From assembly GCA_963797675.1 (NCBI GenBank), contig CAWCQQ010000008.1:6425-70424 (forward strand): 64,000 bases of DNA, read 5' to 3'. Source of the stretch: an uncultured Actinomycetota bacterium (GTDB taxonomy: Bacteria > Actinomycetota > Actinomycetes > Mycobacteriales > Micromonosporaceae). Below, one piece after another: positions 44,300 to 54,605 of the stretch; the stretch's first letter is position 1; every line of letters starts with the position of its first letter. The position numbers and the translations under genes are program-made. The notes beneath the pieces are model-generated. The model did no database searches, was not told the DNA's origin, and saw only the letters and a program-made list of their open reading frames with translations.

Positions 44300-47200
44300 G
44301 TGACCGACGCACGACCTGGATGGCTCCACCGTCTCGCCGCCGCCTGCTGGCAGTACCGCCGGAACGTTCTGATCGCCTTCGGCGCATCGATGTTCGGGAT
44401 GACGCTCACCGCGCTCGTCCCGCTGGTGCAGCGCCGGATCGTCGACAACGTCGATCGTCCATCACACCGAAAGCATCTGGCCGCTCGCGGCGATCCTCGT
44501 CGGTGGCCGCGCTGATGACGTACGGGCTCACGTTCATCCGGCGCTACTTCGGCGGCAAGCTCGCCCTCGACGTGCAGCACGACCTGCGTAACCAGATCTT
44601 CGGCTCGCTATCGCGGCTAGACGGCGCTCGTCAGGACGAGTTGGAGACCGGCCAGATCATCGGCCGGGCCACCGGCGACATCACCATGGTCCAGGGCCTG
44701 CTCAGCATGCTGCCGATCATGACCGGCAACATCATCCTGTTCGTCGTGTCGCTGGTCGTCATGCTCGTACTCTCGCCGCTGCTGACGCTGATCGCGCTCG
44801 CCGTCGGCCCGGGCCTGCTGGTGATCGCGACGCTGGCCCGCAAGCGGCTGTTCCCGGCCAGCTGGGACGCGTCACAGCAGGCCGCCGCGGTGGCTGCGAT
44901 CGTGGACGATGCGGTCACCGGCGTACGCGTCGTGAAGGGCTTCGGCCAGGAGGAGCAGGAACTCGGCAAGCTCACGTCGGTCGCGAAGCGCCTGTTCGCA
45001 TCGCGGGTCCGGGCCGCCCGGCTGACCGCGAAGTACAACCCGTCGCTGCAGATCGTGCCGGCGCTCGGCCAGGTCGGCGTGCTGTGCCTCGGCGGCTACC
45101 TCGCGGTCAAGGGTTCGATCTCGCTCGGTACGTTCCTGTTGTTCTCGACATATCTTGCCCAGCTCGTCGGCCCGGTCCGGATGCTGTCCAACCTGATCAC
45201 GATCGGCCAGCAGGCACGCGCGAGCGTGATCCGCGTGTTCGAGGTGATCGACTCGAAGCCGATCGTGACCGAGAAGCCGGACGCGCAGCCGCTCGACCCT
45301 GCGCTGACGCCGGACATCCAGCTCGACGACATCACGTTCGGCTACCTCAGCGCACAGCCGGTTCTCAAGGGCCTGTCGCTGCACGTGGCACCGGGCGAGA
45401 CGGTGGCGCTCGTCGGTACCTCCGGCTCCGGCAAGTCGACACTGTCGATGCTGCTGCCACGCTTCTACGACGTGCAGTCCGGCGCGGTACGGGTCGGCGG
45501 CATCGACGTACGCGACCTGACGATCGACTCGATCCGAGCCTCGATCGGATTCGTGATGGAGGACAGCTTCCTGTTCTCCGAGTCGGTACGGGCGAACATC
45601 GCGTACGGGCGGCCGGACGCGACCGAGGAGCAGATCATCGCGGCGGCCAAGGCGGCCGAGGCGCACGACTTCATCGCGGCGCTGCCGAACGGCTACGACA
45701 CGATGATCGGCGAGCAGGGCTTGACACTCTCCGGTGGCCAGCGCCAGCGGGTCTCGCTCGCCCGGGCGCTCATCACCGACCCGCGGATCCTGATGCTCGA
45801 CGACGCGACCAGCGCGGTTGATGCCCGGATCGAAGCCGAGATTCACGCGACGCTGCACCGGGTGATGGCCGGGCGTACCACGATTCTGATCGCGCACCGC
45901 CGCTCGACGCTCGAGCTGGCCGACCGGGTCGCGGTACTCGACGAGGGCCGGCTGGTCGACATCGGTACGGCCGACGAGCTGGAAGCCCGCTGCCCGCTCT
46001 ACCGGCTGCTGCTGTCCGGCCCCGGCGATGACGCGGAAGGCGTCGATGCCGGTGAGCTGCTCGCCGCTGCGCCGGTGGTGGACACGATGGTCGATGGCGT
46101 CACGCCGGCACTGTGGGACCCGGCGCGGGCGCCGGACGACCTCGCGGTCGACACGAGCGGTCGTGTCCTGTCCGCCGCCGGTTCGACCGGCGGCGGGCCG
46201 TGGCGGCTCGGTCCGCGGTGGCCGCGCCGGCCTCGGCGGCGGCGCGATGTCCGAGGCGATGGGCAGCATGCCGGCCACGCCGGAACTGCTCGCCGCGGTC
46301 GGAAAGCTGCCGCCGGCGAACGACGTACCCGACGTGGACGAGGAGGCCGCCCGGGCGGCGGATCCGAACTTCACGTTGAAGAAGCTGATCCGGCCGCTCG
46401 TGAAGCCGCTGTTGGCGGCGTTCGTGCTGGTTGCGCTCGACGCGATGGCAACGTTGGCGCTGCCGGTCCTGATCCGCAACGGCGTCGACAACGGTGTCGA
46501 TGCCGGCGCGTACGACGTGATCTGGACGGTCTCGGCGATCGCGCTGGCGGTCGTACTGGTCGACTGGTTCATCAACTGGAAGCAGACGTGGCTCACGTCG
46601 AAGACCGGCGAGCGCTTCCTCTACACGCTGCGGCTGAAGACGTTCGCGCACCTGCAGCGGCTCGGGTCTGGACTACTACGAGCGCGAGATGTCCGGCCGG
46701 ATCATGACCCGCATGACGACCGATGTCGATGCGTTCGCGACGTTCCTGCAGACCGGCCTCACCACGACGGCGGTCAGCCTGCTCACGTTCGTCGGCATCC
46801 TGGCCGCCCTGCTCTACCTCAACCTCATGCTCGGGCTCGTCGTGCTGATCAGCCTGCCGTTCATGCTGGTGGCGACGCAGATCTTCCGGAAGAAGTCGGC
46901 GAAGGCCTACACCGAGGCGCGGGAGAAGGTCGCGATCGTCAACGCCGACCTGCAGGAGAACGTGGCCGGCATGCGGGTCGCGCAGGCGTACCGCCGCGAG
47001 GAGCACAACCAGAACCGGTTCTCCGGGCGCAGCGATGCGTACCGGGTCAGCCGGATGCGGGCACAGCGCTACATCGCGACGTACTTCCCGTTCGTCCAGC
47101 TGCTGTCCGACCTGACGGCGACCGCGGTGCTGGTCGTGGGTGCGCACCTGGTCGGCAACAACATGCTGACGCAGGGCGCGCTGATCGCCTACCTGCTGTA

Positions 47201-48110
47201 CATCGACATGTTCTTCGCGCCGATCCAGCAGCTGTCCCAGGTCTTCGACGGATACCAGCAGGCGATGGTCGGTCTCCAGCGGATCCGCGATCTGCTCCGG
47301 ACGCCGACGTCCACACCGCCGGCGTTTGCGCCGGTCGAGGTCCGCGGCCGGCTGCGCGGCGACATCACCTTCGACAACGTGCATTTCCGGTACGCCGCCG
47401 ACGCGCCGGAAGCACTCGCCGGCGTGAACCTGACCGTGCCGGCGGGGGAGACGCTGGCGCTCGTCGGGCAGACCGGCGCCGGCAAGTCGACGATCGTGAA
47501 GATGGTGTCGCGGTTCTACGACGTCACCAGCGGCACGGTTCGCGTGGACGGCGTGGATGTGCGGGACTACGACATGGCCGGCTACCGGCACCGGCTCGGA
47601 TTCGTGCCGCAGGAGGCGTACCTGTTCCCCGGCACGGTCCGGGACACCATCGCGTACGGGCGGCCGTCCGCCACGAACGCCGAGGTGGAAGCGGCGGCGC
47701 GGGCGGTCGGTGCGCACGAGATGATCGCGCGACTCGACGGCGGCTACTACCACGAGATCACTGGGCGCGGTCGCAACCTGTCCAGCGGACAGCGACAGTT
47801 GCTGGCACTCGCACGGGCCGAACTCGTCGATCCGGATGTGCTGATCATGGACGAGGCGACCGCATCGCTCGACCTGGCCAGTGAGGCTGCGGTTGTCCGG
47901 GCGGCGGATGTGCTGGCGGCTCGGCGTACCACCTTGGTCGTGGCTCACAGATTGACCACGGCGGCCCGGGCCGACCGGATCGCGGTGCTGCACGCGGGCC
48001 AGGTGGTCGAATTGGGCACGCATGCCGAACTGCTGGCGCAGGACGGCTTCTACGCGGCCCAGTGGGCGACGTTCACCGGAGCCGATCGGGAGCTGGAGCC
48101 CTCCGCCTGA
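44300..48110 (+). pseudogene. Fused (TMD-NBD-TMD-NBD) ABC exporter, ~1270 aa, with at least 4 frameshifts
   Basis: There are two half-transporters: NBD1 ([28 protein letters not shown]) and NBD2 (GQTGAGKST, LSSGQRQL, LIMDEATASLD). A Gly-rich linker joins them with no stop in the appropriate frames. The shifts are near 44447, 44505, 46190-46250 and 46660-46690. Confidence 0.8.
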
Positions 48111-48115
48111 CCGTT

Positions 48116-48151
48116 GATCCCGGAGCCGGCCGTGTGACCGGCTTCGGGATC
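48116..48151. terminator. Bidirectional terminator hairpin
   Basis: GATCCCGGAGCCGG-ccgtgtga-CCGGCTTCGGGATC (14-bp stem, one mismatch) lies between convergent stops at 48110 and 48150. Confidence 0.55.
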
Positions 48152-48710
48152 ACCGTCGAAGTGTGGGATTGATCTGGGCGGCCAGCTGCGCGAGGGTGGC
48201 GTCGGGCACCGGGCGCGCGGTGTTGACCCGGTGGACCGTGCCGAAGCCGAGCGGCTCGGCCAGAATGGCCCACTCGGCCCAGATCTCGGATTTGTCCAGG
48301 TCGTCGAAGTGGATCGGGTGGCGCGTCCGAGCGCGCTCGACGTAGCGGGCCATCGCAACCTCGGTCGGTACGTCGCACCAGACCTCGTGGATGTCGTCGA
48401 GCGCGACGCCGGCTCGTTTGAGTCCGGCCGCGGCGAACTCGCGCGTGTGAGCGAGCATGGGTGACTCGATCACGGCGCCGCGTCCGGATGCGCCGAGGAG
48501 CGTCCAGATCGCCTCGGTCGTGGCGGCGCCCAGCGCCTGGCTCCACTCCAGCGGCGTACGTCCGGGCGGCGGCGTGACACCGATCACGTCGGCAATCGTC
48601 TCCTTTACGGCATCCTTGGCGAACAACGGCAGGTCGAGTGCCCGCGCGAGCCGAGGGGCGAGCGTCGTCTTACCCGCACCAGGCAGGCCGTTGACCAGAA
48701 CCGCGATCAT
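48150..48710 (-). CDS. P-loop NTPase/kinase-like protein (AAA_33-like)
   Basis: 186 aa with Walker A at the extreme N-terminus (MIAVLVNGLPGAGKTTLAPRLA). Confidence 0.7.
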   Translation of the reverse strand: MIAVLVNGLPGAGKTTLAPRLARALDLPLFAKDAVKETIADVIGVTPPPGRTPLEWSQALGAATTEAIWTLLGASGRGAVIESPMLAHTREFAAAGLKRAGVALDDIHEVWCDVPTEVAMARYVERARTRHPIHFDDLDKSEIWAEWAILAEPLGFGTVHRVNTARPVPDATLAQLAAQINPTLRR

Positions 48711-48762
48711 GCGGGGAGTTTACGTGGGCGTGATCTGTGTCGCTGGCCGCGATCCCGGGTAG

Positions 48763-49329
48763 ATGGTCGAATCGTTGGGTTGGATGCATGGTGTGGTTAT
48801 CGAGAAGGCGGGCAGTGTGGGAATCGATCGCGTGGACATTACGAAAAAGGTCGGCCGTGGCGGGTTGGGGCTGCTCACGGGCTTCCGTGACTTCATTGCG
48901 CGAGGAAACGTCGTCGACTTGGCCGTCGGTATTGTCATCGGTGCGGCGTTCACCGGCCTCGTCACGCAGTTCACCAAGGACTTCATTCAACCGTTGATCA
49001 GCGGTTTCGGCGGCGGGACGACGATCCACGCCGGGCAGTGGAAGTTCCGCGGTCAGTACTTCAACTGGGCCGACTTCGCCAACCAGGTTGTCCTGTTCCT
49101 GCTCGTCGCGGCCGTGCTCTACTTCCTCGTGGTGATGCCGCTCAACAAGCTTGCCGAGCGGCGCAACCGCAATCGGAAGCCGGATCCGGTCCAGATCAGC
49201 GATGAGGTTGCGGTGCTGATGGAGATCCGCGACGCGCTGCTCGCCGGCGCTCGTCCCGCTCCCGCGCAGCGGACACCGGACCGTGCCCTGGTTGATGACC
49301 GCGTCAATGACGCGCCGGCGGCCGACTAG
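48763..49329 (+). CDS. mscL: Large-conductance mechanosensitive channel
   Basis: The signature is GFRDFIARGNVVDLAVGIVIGAAFTGLV..F..D.I.PLI. The real start is probably internal (for example GTG 48832). Confidence 0.85.
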   Translation: MVESLGWMHGVVIEKAGSVGIDRVDITKKVGRGGLGLLTGFRDFIARGNVVDLAVGIVIGAAFTGLVTQFTKDFIQPLISGFGGGTTIHAGQWKFRGQYFNWADFANQVVLFLLVAAVLYFLVVMPLNKLAERRNRNRKPDPVQISDEVAVLMEIRDALLAGARPAPAQRTPDRALVDDRVNDAPAAD

Positions 49330-49426
49330 CGGGTAGCCGCCTACCGGCCGGTCGGATAGTAGATATACCTTCGACGCGGAATCAGACACGGAATCAGATG
49401 TGAATCGCGGACAAGGGAGTTGGCGG

Positions 49427-50182
49427 ATGTCGGAACAGCGTGTGGCAATTGTGACGGGCGCGGCCCGCGGGATCGGCGCGGCGACCGCGCTGCGCCTCGC
49501 GGCGTCGGGGCACGCGGTCGCGGTCATCGACCTCGACGAGGCGGCGTGCGGCGCCACGGTGTCGGCCGTCGAGGCGGCCGGTGGGCGCGCGCTCGCGGTC
49601 GGTGCAGACGTGTCGGACGCGGCGGCAGTGGCCGCAGCATTCGAGCGGGTGGAGGCGGGTCTCGGCGCGCCGACGATCCTGGTGAACAACGCCGGCGTGC
49701 TGCGGGACAATCTGCTGTTCAAGATGACCGACAGCGACTGGGACACGGTCCTCGGCGTGCACTTGCGCGGTGCGTTCCTGATGAGCCGGGCCGCGCAGGC
49801 GTACATGACGGCGGCGAAGTGGGGCCGGATCGTCAACCTGTCGTCGACGTCCGCGCTCGGCAACCGTGGTCAGGCGAACTATGCCGCGGCGAAGGCCGGC
49901 ATGCAGGGCTTCACGAAGACGCTTGCGATCGAACTCGGCCCCTTCGGCGTGACCGCGAACGCGGTGGCACCCGGCTTCATCGTGACCGACATGACCGCGG
50001 CGACCGCGGCCCGGCTGAAGGTCGGCTTCGACGCACTGCAGGAGCACACCGCAAACGAGATCCCGGTACGCCGGGTCGGCCGGCCCGAGGACGTCGCCAA
50101 CGTGGTGAACTTCCTGGCCAGCGACGAGGCGTCGTTCGTCTCCGGTCAGACGATCTACGTCGCCGGTGGCCCGCGCGGCTAA
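49427..50182 (+). CDS. fabG: 3-oxoacyl-ACP reductase-like short-chain dehydrogenase (FabG family)
   Basis: ATG at 49427 follows AAGGGAG. Motifs are TGAARGIGAA, NNAG and the catalytic S...YAAAKAG. Confidence 0.8.
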   Translation: MSEQRVAIVTGAARGIGAATALRLAASGHAVAVIDLDEAACGATVSAVEAAGGRALAVGADVSDAAAVAAAFERVEAGLGAPTILVNNAGVLRDNLLFKMTDSDWDTVLGVHLRGAFLMSRAAQAYMTAAKWGRIVNLSSTSALGNRGQANYAAAKAGMQGFTKTLAIELGPFGVTANAVAPGFIVTDMTAATAARLKVGFDALQEHTANEIPVRRVGRPEDVANVVNFLASDEASFVSGQTIYVAGGPRG

Positions 50183-50251
50183 GGTGCGATAAGCGATAAT
50201 GGTCCGGGCGGCGTACGCGCCCGGACCATTTTGTCTGATCGAGGGAGAGTT

Positions 50252-51085
50252 GTGGGTCTTCTGTACTCCGGCAAGGTGCGAGACATCTACGCCGACGGCG
50301 ACGACCTGATCCTGGTCGCGTCCGATCGCATCTCGGTCTATGACGTGGTCCTGCCGACCGACATCCCGGACAAGGGCAAGATCCTCACGCAACTGTCGCT
50401 CTGGTGGTTCGACCAGCTTGCCGACCTGGTGCCGAACCACATCATCTCGGCGACCGATGTGCCGGCCGAGTGGGCCGGCCGCGCCGTACGCTGCCGTCGC
50501 CTCCAGATGATCGGGGTGGAGTGCATCGCCCGCGGCTACCTGACCGGGTTGGGCCTGAAGGAGTACCAGGCGACCGGCCAGGTCTCCGGTATCCCGCTGG
50601 CGCCCGGTCTGGTCGAGGCTTCGAAGCTGCCGGCACCGATCTTCACGCCGACCACGAAGGAGGCCGTCGGTACGCACGACGAATTCATTACGTTCGCGGA
50701 CGTGATCGAGCGCGAGGGCGCCGAGGTCGCCGAGGAGTTGCGGAGGCTGACCGTCGAGATCTACTCCCGTGGTGCTGCGATCGCAGCGAAGCGCGGCATC
50801 CTGATCGCGGATACGAAGCTCGAGTTCGGGTGGGACGCCAGCGGCACGCTGGTCCTCGGCGACGAGGTCCTGACGCCCGATTCGTCGCGGTTCTGGCCGC
50901 TGGACGAGTGGCAGCCGGGGCGCGTCCAGCACTCGTACGACAAGCAGTACGTCCGGGACTGGTCGATGAGCACCGGGTGGGACAAGACCGCACCGGCACC
51001 GGAGATCCCGGAGCAGATCGTCGAGGCCACCCGAGGGCTCTACGTCGAGGCGTACGAGCAGCTCACCGGCGATACGTGGCGGTAG
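50252..51085 (+). CDS. purC: Phosphoribosylaminoimidazole-succinocarboxamide (SAICAR) synthase
   Basis: Motifs are LLYSGKVRDIY, SDRISVYD, IADTKLEFG and DSSRFWP. GTG at 50252 follows GAGGGAG. Confidence 0.9.
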   Translation: MGLLYSGKVRDIYADGDDLILVASDRISVYDVVLPTDIPDKGKILTQLSLWWFDQLADLVPNHIISATDVPAEWAGRAVRCRRLQMIGVECIARGYLTGLGLKEYQATGQVSGIPLAPGLVEASKLPAPIFTPTTKEAVGTHDEFITFADVIEREGAEVAEELRRLTVEIYSRGAAIAAKRGILIADTKLEFGWDASGTLVLGDEVLTPDSSRFWPLDEWQPGRVQHSYDKQYVRDWSMSTGWDKTAPAPEIPEQIVEATRGLYVEAYEQLTGDTWR

Positions 51086-52685
51086 CCTCCGGCTCGTAGA
51101 CGATCTCCGGCGCGGGTTCGGTGCCACTCATCCGGCCGGGTGCGAATTCGGCGCGCAATGCAGCGGCGGCCACCCATCCGAGTTCCCACCAGGACGCCAT
51201 GAGCAGGCTCCGGGCGCGCCACCGTGGTGCGAACTTCGCGGAGAACCGGTTCAGCGGCCCGACCTCGATCCAGCGGTCGAGCGCGTGCAGCAGCGTGGCA
51301 CTGACCTTCGGGATCAGGCCGGGCGAGTCGAACACCCAGCGCAGCGCCGCGAAGTTCAGCGACACCTCGCGGCCGCCTTGTGTGCGCGCGTAGTCGACGA
51401 TCTCGATGATCATGCGCTCGGCCACGCCGTTCGGAGCGTTCCGCCCGCGCGGCGCCACGTCCAGCGTGTAGACCGCGCCATCGGCGGCGACCGCGAACCG
51501 GGCGAACGCCACCGGCTCGCCGGTACGGGTGTAGGCCGTCGCGACCAGGCAGTCCGGCCGTGGCGTCAGGATCGCATCGAGGTTCATCGCGAAACCGCGC
51601 TCGCGCTCGCCGTGCAGCCATTCGTCGAGGATCGGCCGCAGTTGGATCGACTGCTCGGCGGTCAGCCGGCCGATCGTGACGGTCACGCCGGCGTTGCGGG
51701 TCCGGTTCACGGCCTGGCGGAGGTTGCGCATACGCCGCGACTCCAGGCTGAAGTCGTGTACGTCGAGGACTGCTTCGTCGCCGATGTGCATGCCCCGCAG
51801 GCCCAACTCGCGCCAGAGTTGTGTCATCGCATCGCTCGCGCCCAGGACGGCCGGACGCCAGCCGTGTTTGACGCAGAGGTCGAGGTAGGCCGTCATCGCG
51901 GCCGGGGCGCTGGTCAACGCGCCGACCGGGTCGCCGCCGACGAGTGCGGTGCCGAGCACAACCCGATATCCGATCGCGGCGCGACGGTCGGGGCTGAACA
52001 CGTACGCCTTGTCGCCGCGGGTTGCGAACGGCGCCAGGCTGTCGGCATCGGTGTGGGCGACGAGCGCCCGGACGTCGGCCCGCTCGGCCGGATCGCCCGG
52101 TGCCGGAGGCGCCGCCGGTCCGAACGCAACGATCACGGCGGCGATCACCGCGGTAGCGAGTGCGAACGTCAGGATCATCGAGCGCCAGCTGTCCGGCGAT
52201 CCGGTGGACAGGTTGGCGAGCATCACGTGGCCGACGCCGCCCGGCGAGTGGCGATTCGTGACCGCATCCCAGGTGCCACCGACGACGGCGGCACCGATCG
52301 CGATAAACGACAGTTGTGCGGCGACGTGCATTCGCGCCGGATCCGGCCGGGTCACGAAGGCGCGCCGCATGATCACCAGCGCGAGGAGTGCGCAGCCGCA
52401 GAGCAGCGCGGAGAACGGGCGGTGTTGCGGGACGACGATCAGGGTGGCGAATGCGAGCGTGACGACGCCGCCGATCCACGCGGCCCAGCGCCGGTGCACC
52501 AGTCCACGTGCGACGGTCAGCAGCAGCAGGCCGAGCACGAACATCTGCGCGCGGCCCGGAACGGCACCGTCGATGGGTGTGGCGAGGTCAGCCACCTCGG
52601 TGTCCGGACGGATGGCTGTGAGAAAGTTCACGCCACCGATCGCGGCGACGAGGAGTGCTACCAGGCGTACGCCAACAAATCGCAC
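51063..52685 (-). CDS. MprF-like phosphatidylglycerol aminoacyl-transferase domain protein (TM domain + DUF2156)
   Basis: 540 aa with ~6 N-terminal TM spans. The C-terminal region (RRMRNLRQAVNR..G.TV....L......L..I...WL....ERGFAM) matches my recollection of the LPG-synthase C domain. Confidence 0.75.
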   Translation of the reverse strand: MRFVGVRLVALLVAAIGGVNFLTAIRPDTEVADLATPIDGAVPGRAQMFVLGLLLLTVARGLVHRRWAAWIGGVVTLAFATLIVVPQHRPFSALLCGCALLALVIMRRAFVTRPDPARMHVAAQLSFIAIGAAVVGGTWDAVTNRHSPGGVGHVMLANLSTGSPDSWRSMILTFALATAVIAAVIVAFGPAAPPAPGDPAERADVRALVAHTDADSLAPFATRGDKAYVFSPDRRAAIGYRVVLGTALVGGDPVGALTSAPAAMTAYLDLCVKHGWRPAVLGASDAMTQLWRELGLRGMHIGDEAVLDVHDFSLESRRMRNLRQAVNRTRNAGVTVTIGRLTAEQSIQLRPILDEWLHGERERGFAMNLDAILTPRPDCLVATAYTRTGEPVAFARFAVAADGAVYTLDVAPRGRNAPNGVAERMIIEIVDYARTQGGREVSLNFAALRWVFDSPGLIPKVSATLLHALDRWIEVGPLNRFSAKFAPRWRARSLLMASWWELGWVAAAALRAEFAPGRMSGTEPAPEIVYEPEATATYRR

Positions 52686-52801
52686 GATTCGACCTTAGTG
52701 AACTGGTTCGGTGAGACGTCAAATATGGTTTCGGGGGGTGCGTAACCGCATTTAACACCTCATAAGCGACAAGTCTCTTTGTTGTAAACCTTTAACCGTT
52801 A

Positions 52802-54589
52802 ATGACCTGGTCAAAGCCCTCTTCCATCCGGAGTATGGGGTCGGTGAAGGGACAGCATCGCAACTCAAGTGGCTCTACCGCGCGTCGGGTCTTGACCTCG
52901 GTCATTGTTCTCGCGCTCCTCGGGGCCGTCGGTTGGTATGGCGATCGGCACGGGTGGTTCAGCAAGGCCGGTAGCACCACGGCGAGCTGCACCACCGATC
53001 TGCACGTCGAAGCTACGCCGGAAATCGCCCCGGCGCTGTCCACCGTAGCCGCCAACTGGAACACCAAGCGAACCCTTATCGATGGCACCTGCGTACGGGT
53101 GGTCGTCACGCCGGGCGTTCCGGCCACGGTGGCCGCCACGATCGCCGGCAAGAAGGGTGTCGCGGTCCCCGGCCTCGGCGGTGCGAACGGCACCGCAACC
53201 GTGCCGGACGTGTGGGTCCCGGATTCGTCCACGTGGCTGTCCCGCTTGAAGACGGCGTCGCCCGATCTGGCGATGACCGGCACCACGATCGCGACCAGCC
53301 CGATCGTGATCGCGCTCCCGCAACCGGTGGCCGCCTCGCTCGGCTCGTCCCTGACGTCGCTGAACTGGACCGACCTGCTGGGCAAACTGACCGGTGGCAC
53401 GCTGCGGCCGGGCATCGTCGATCCGAACCTGGACGCGACCGGCCTGGCCACGTTGCTCACCGTCGGTGCGGTCGCCACCGGTGGCACCGGCCAGGTGACC
53501 CAGCACAGCCAGGCGGAGATCGTCGGCGCGATGCGGGCACTCTCCAGCGGCGACTCGCAGCTGCGTGATGATCTGATGGGTCAGTTCCCCCGGGCCACCG
53601 ATGCGTCCACGATCGCCCGGAGCCTCGCCGCGGCACCGATTCCCGAGCAGGCATTGTTGGCGTTCAACGCGCAGCAGCCTCCGGTCCCGCTGATCGGCCT
53701 CTATCTCGACCCGGCACCGCCCGCGCTGGACTACCCGTACGCGACGATCGGCGGCCTGACCTCGGTGAAGGCGGATGCGGCCGCACAGTTCGGTGCACTC
53801 CTGACCGGTCCGGCGTGGCGCGACGATCTCGCATCGGTGGATCTGCGAGCGGCGGACGGCACCTACGGCAACGCCATGCCGTCGACGGCCGGCATGCCGA
53901 CCGGGCCGCTGGCATTGACGCCGGCCCCGGTCGATGCGATCGCGCAGGCACTGTCGACCTGGTCGGCGGTGACCGTACCGGGTCGGATGCTGGCCGTGAT
54001 CGACGTATCCGGCTCGATGACCACGCCGGTGCCGACCGCGGGCGGCGCTCCACGCGAGGCCGTCACGGTCGCGGCGGCCACCGCCGGTCTGGGCCTGTTC
54101 GACGATCGGTGGTCGGTCGGTCTGTGGACGTTCTCCACCGACATGGACGGCAAGAAGCCGTACAAGCAGCTGGTCCCGATCCAGCCGCTGTCGAGCGGCC
54201 GGAGCACGATGGCCTCGGCACTGGGCCAGGTCCAGCCGATCCCGAACGGGAACACCGGCCTCTACGACACGGTTCTGGCCGCTTACAAGACCGTGCAGGC
54301 CGGTTGGGACCCGAGCCGGGTGAACTCGATCGTGATCATGACCGATGGTCAGAACGACAACCCGGGCGGCCTGACGCTTCCGCAGTTGCTGGCGGACATC
54401 GCCAAGATCAAGGACCCCAGCAAGCCGATCGAAGTGATCGCGCTCGGTATCGGCGACCAGGTCGACAAGGGTGAGTTGATGAAGATCACGGATGCGACCG
54501 GCGGCGGCGTCTTCGTTGCGACCGACCCGTCCAAGATCGGGGAGATCTTCCTGCAGGCGATTGCGCTTCGGCCGGGTTCCGCCAAGTAG
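52802..54589 (+). CDS. Substrate-binding-protein-like domain fused to a vWA domain (secreted or anchored)
   Basis: It has an N-terminal TM/signal (VLTSVIVLALLGAVGWY) and a periplasmic-binding-protein-like half. The vWA domain has a MIDAS motif (LAVIDVSGSM) and IVIMTDGQND. Confidence 0.8.
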   Translation: MTWSKPSSIRSMGSVKGQHRNSSGSTARRVLTSVIVLALLGAVGWYGDRHGWFSKAGSTTASCTTDLHVEATPEIAPALSTVAANWNTKRTLIDGTCVRVVVTPGVPATVAATIAGKKGVAVPGLGGANGTATVPDVWVPDSSTWLSRLKTASPDLAMTGTTIATSPIVIALPQPVAASLGSSLTSLNWTDLLGKLTGGTLRPGIVDPNLDATGLATLLTVGAVATGGTGQVTQHSQAEIVGAMRALSSGDSQLRDDLMGQFPRATDASTIARSLAAAPIPEQALLAFNAQQPPVPLIGLYLDPAPPALDYPYATIGGLTSVKADAAAQFGALLTGPAWRDDLASVDLRAADGTYGNAMPSTAGMPTGPLALTPAPVDAIAQALSTWSAVTVPGRMLAVIDVSGSMTTPVPTAGGAPREAVTVAAATAGLGLFDDRWSVGLWTFSTDMDGKKPYKQLVPIQPLSSGRSTMASALGQVQPIPNGNTGLYDTVLAAYKTVQAGWDPSRVNSIVIMTDGQNDNPGGLTLPQLLADIAKIKDPSKPIEVIALGIGDQVDKGELMKITDATGGGVFVATDPSKIGEIFLQAIALRPGSAK

Positions 54590-54605
54590 TCAGATCAGCA
54601 CAGCG

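Noticed and set aside
43632-44387. 251-aa minus-strand ORF
   Set aside because: It is antisense to marR and to the promoter region. It is an Arg-rich shadow frame.
44872-48023. Two long minus-strand ORFs (574 and 476 aa)
   Set aside because: They are antisense to the ABC exporter, which has canonical Walker/signature motifs. They are Arg-rich shadow frames.
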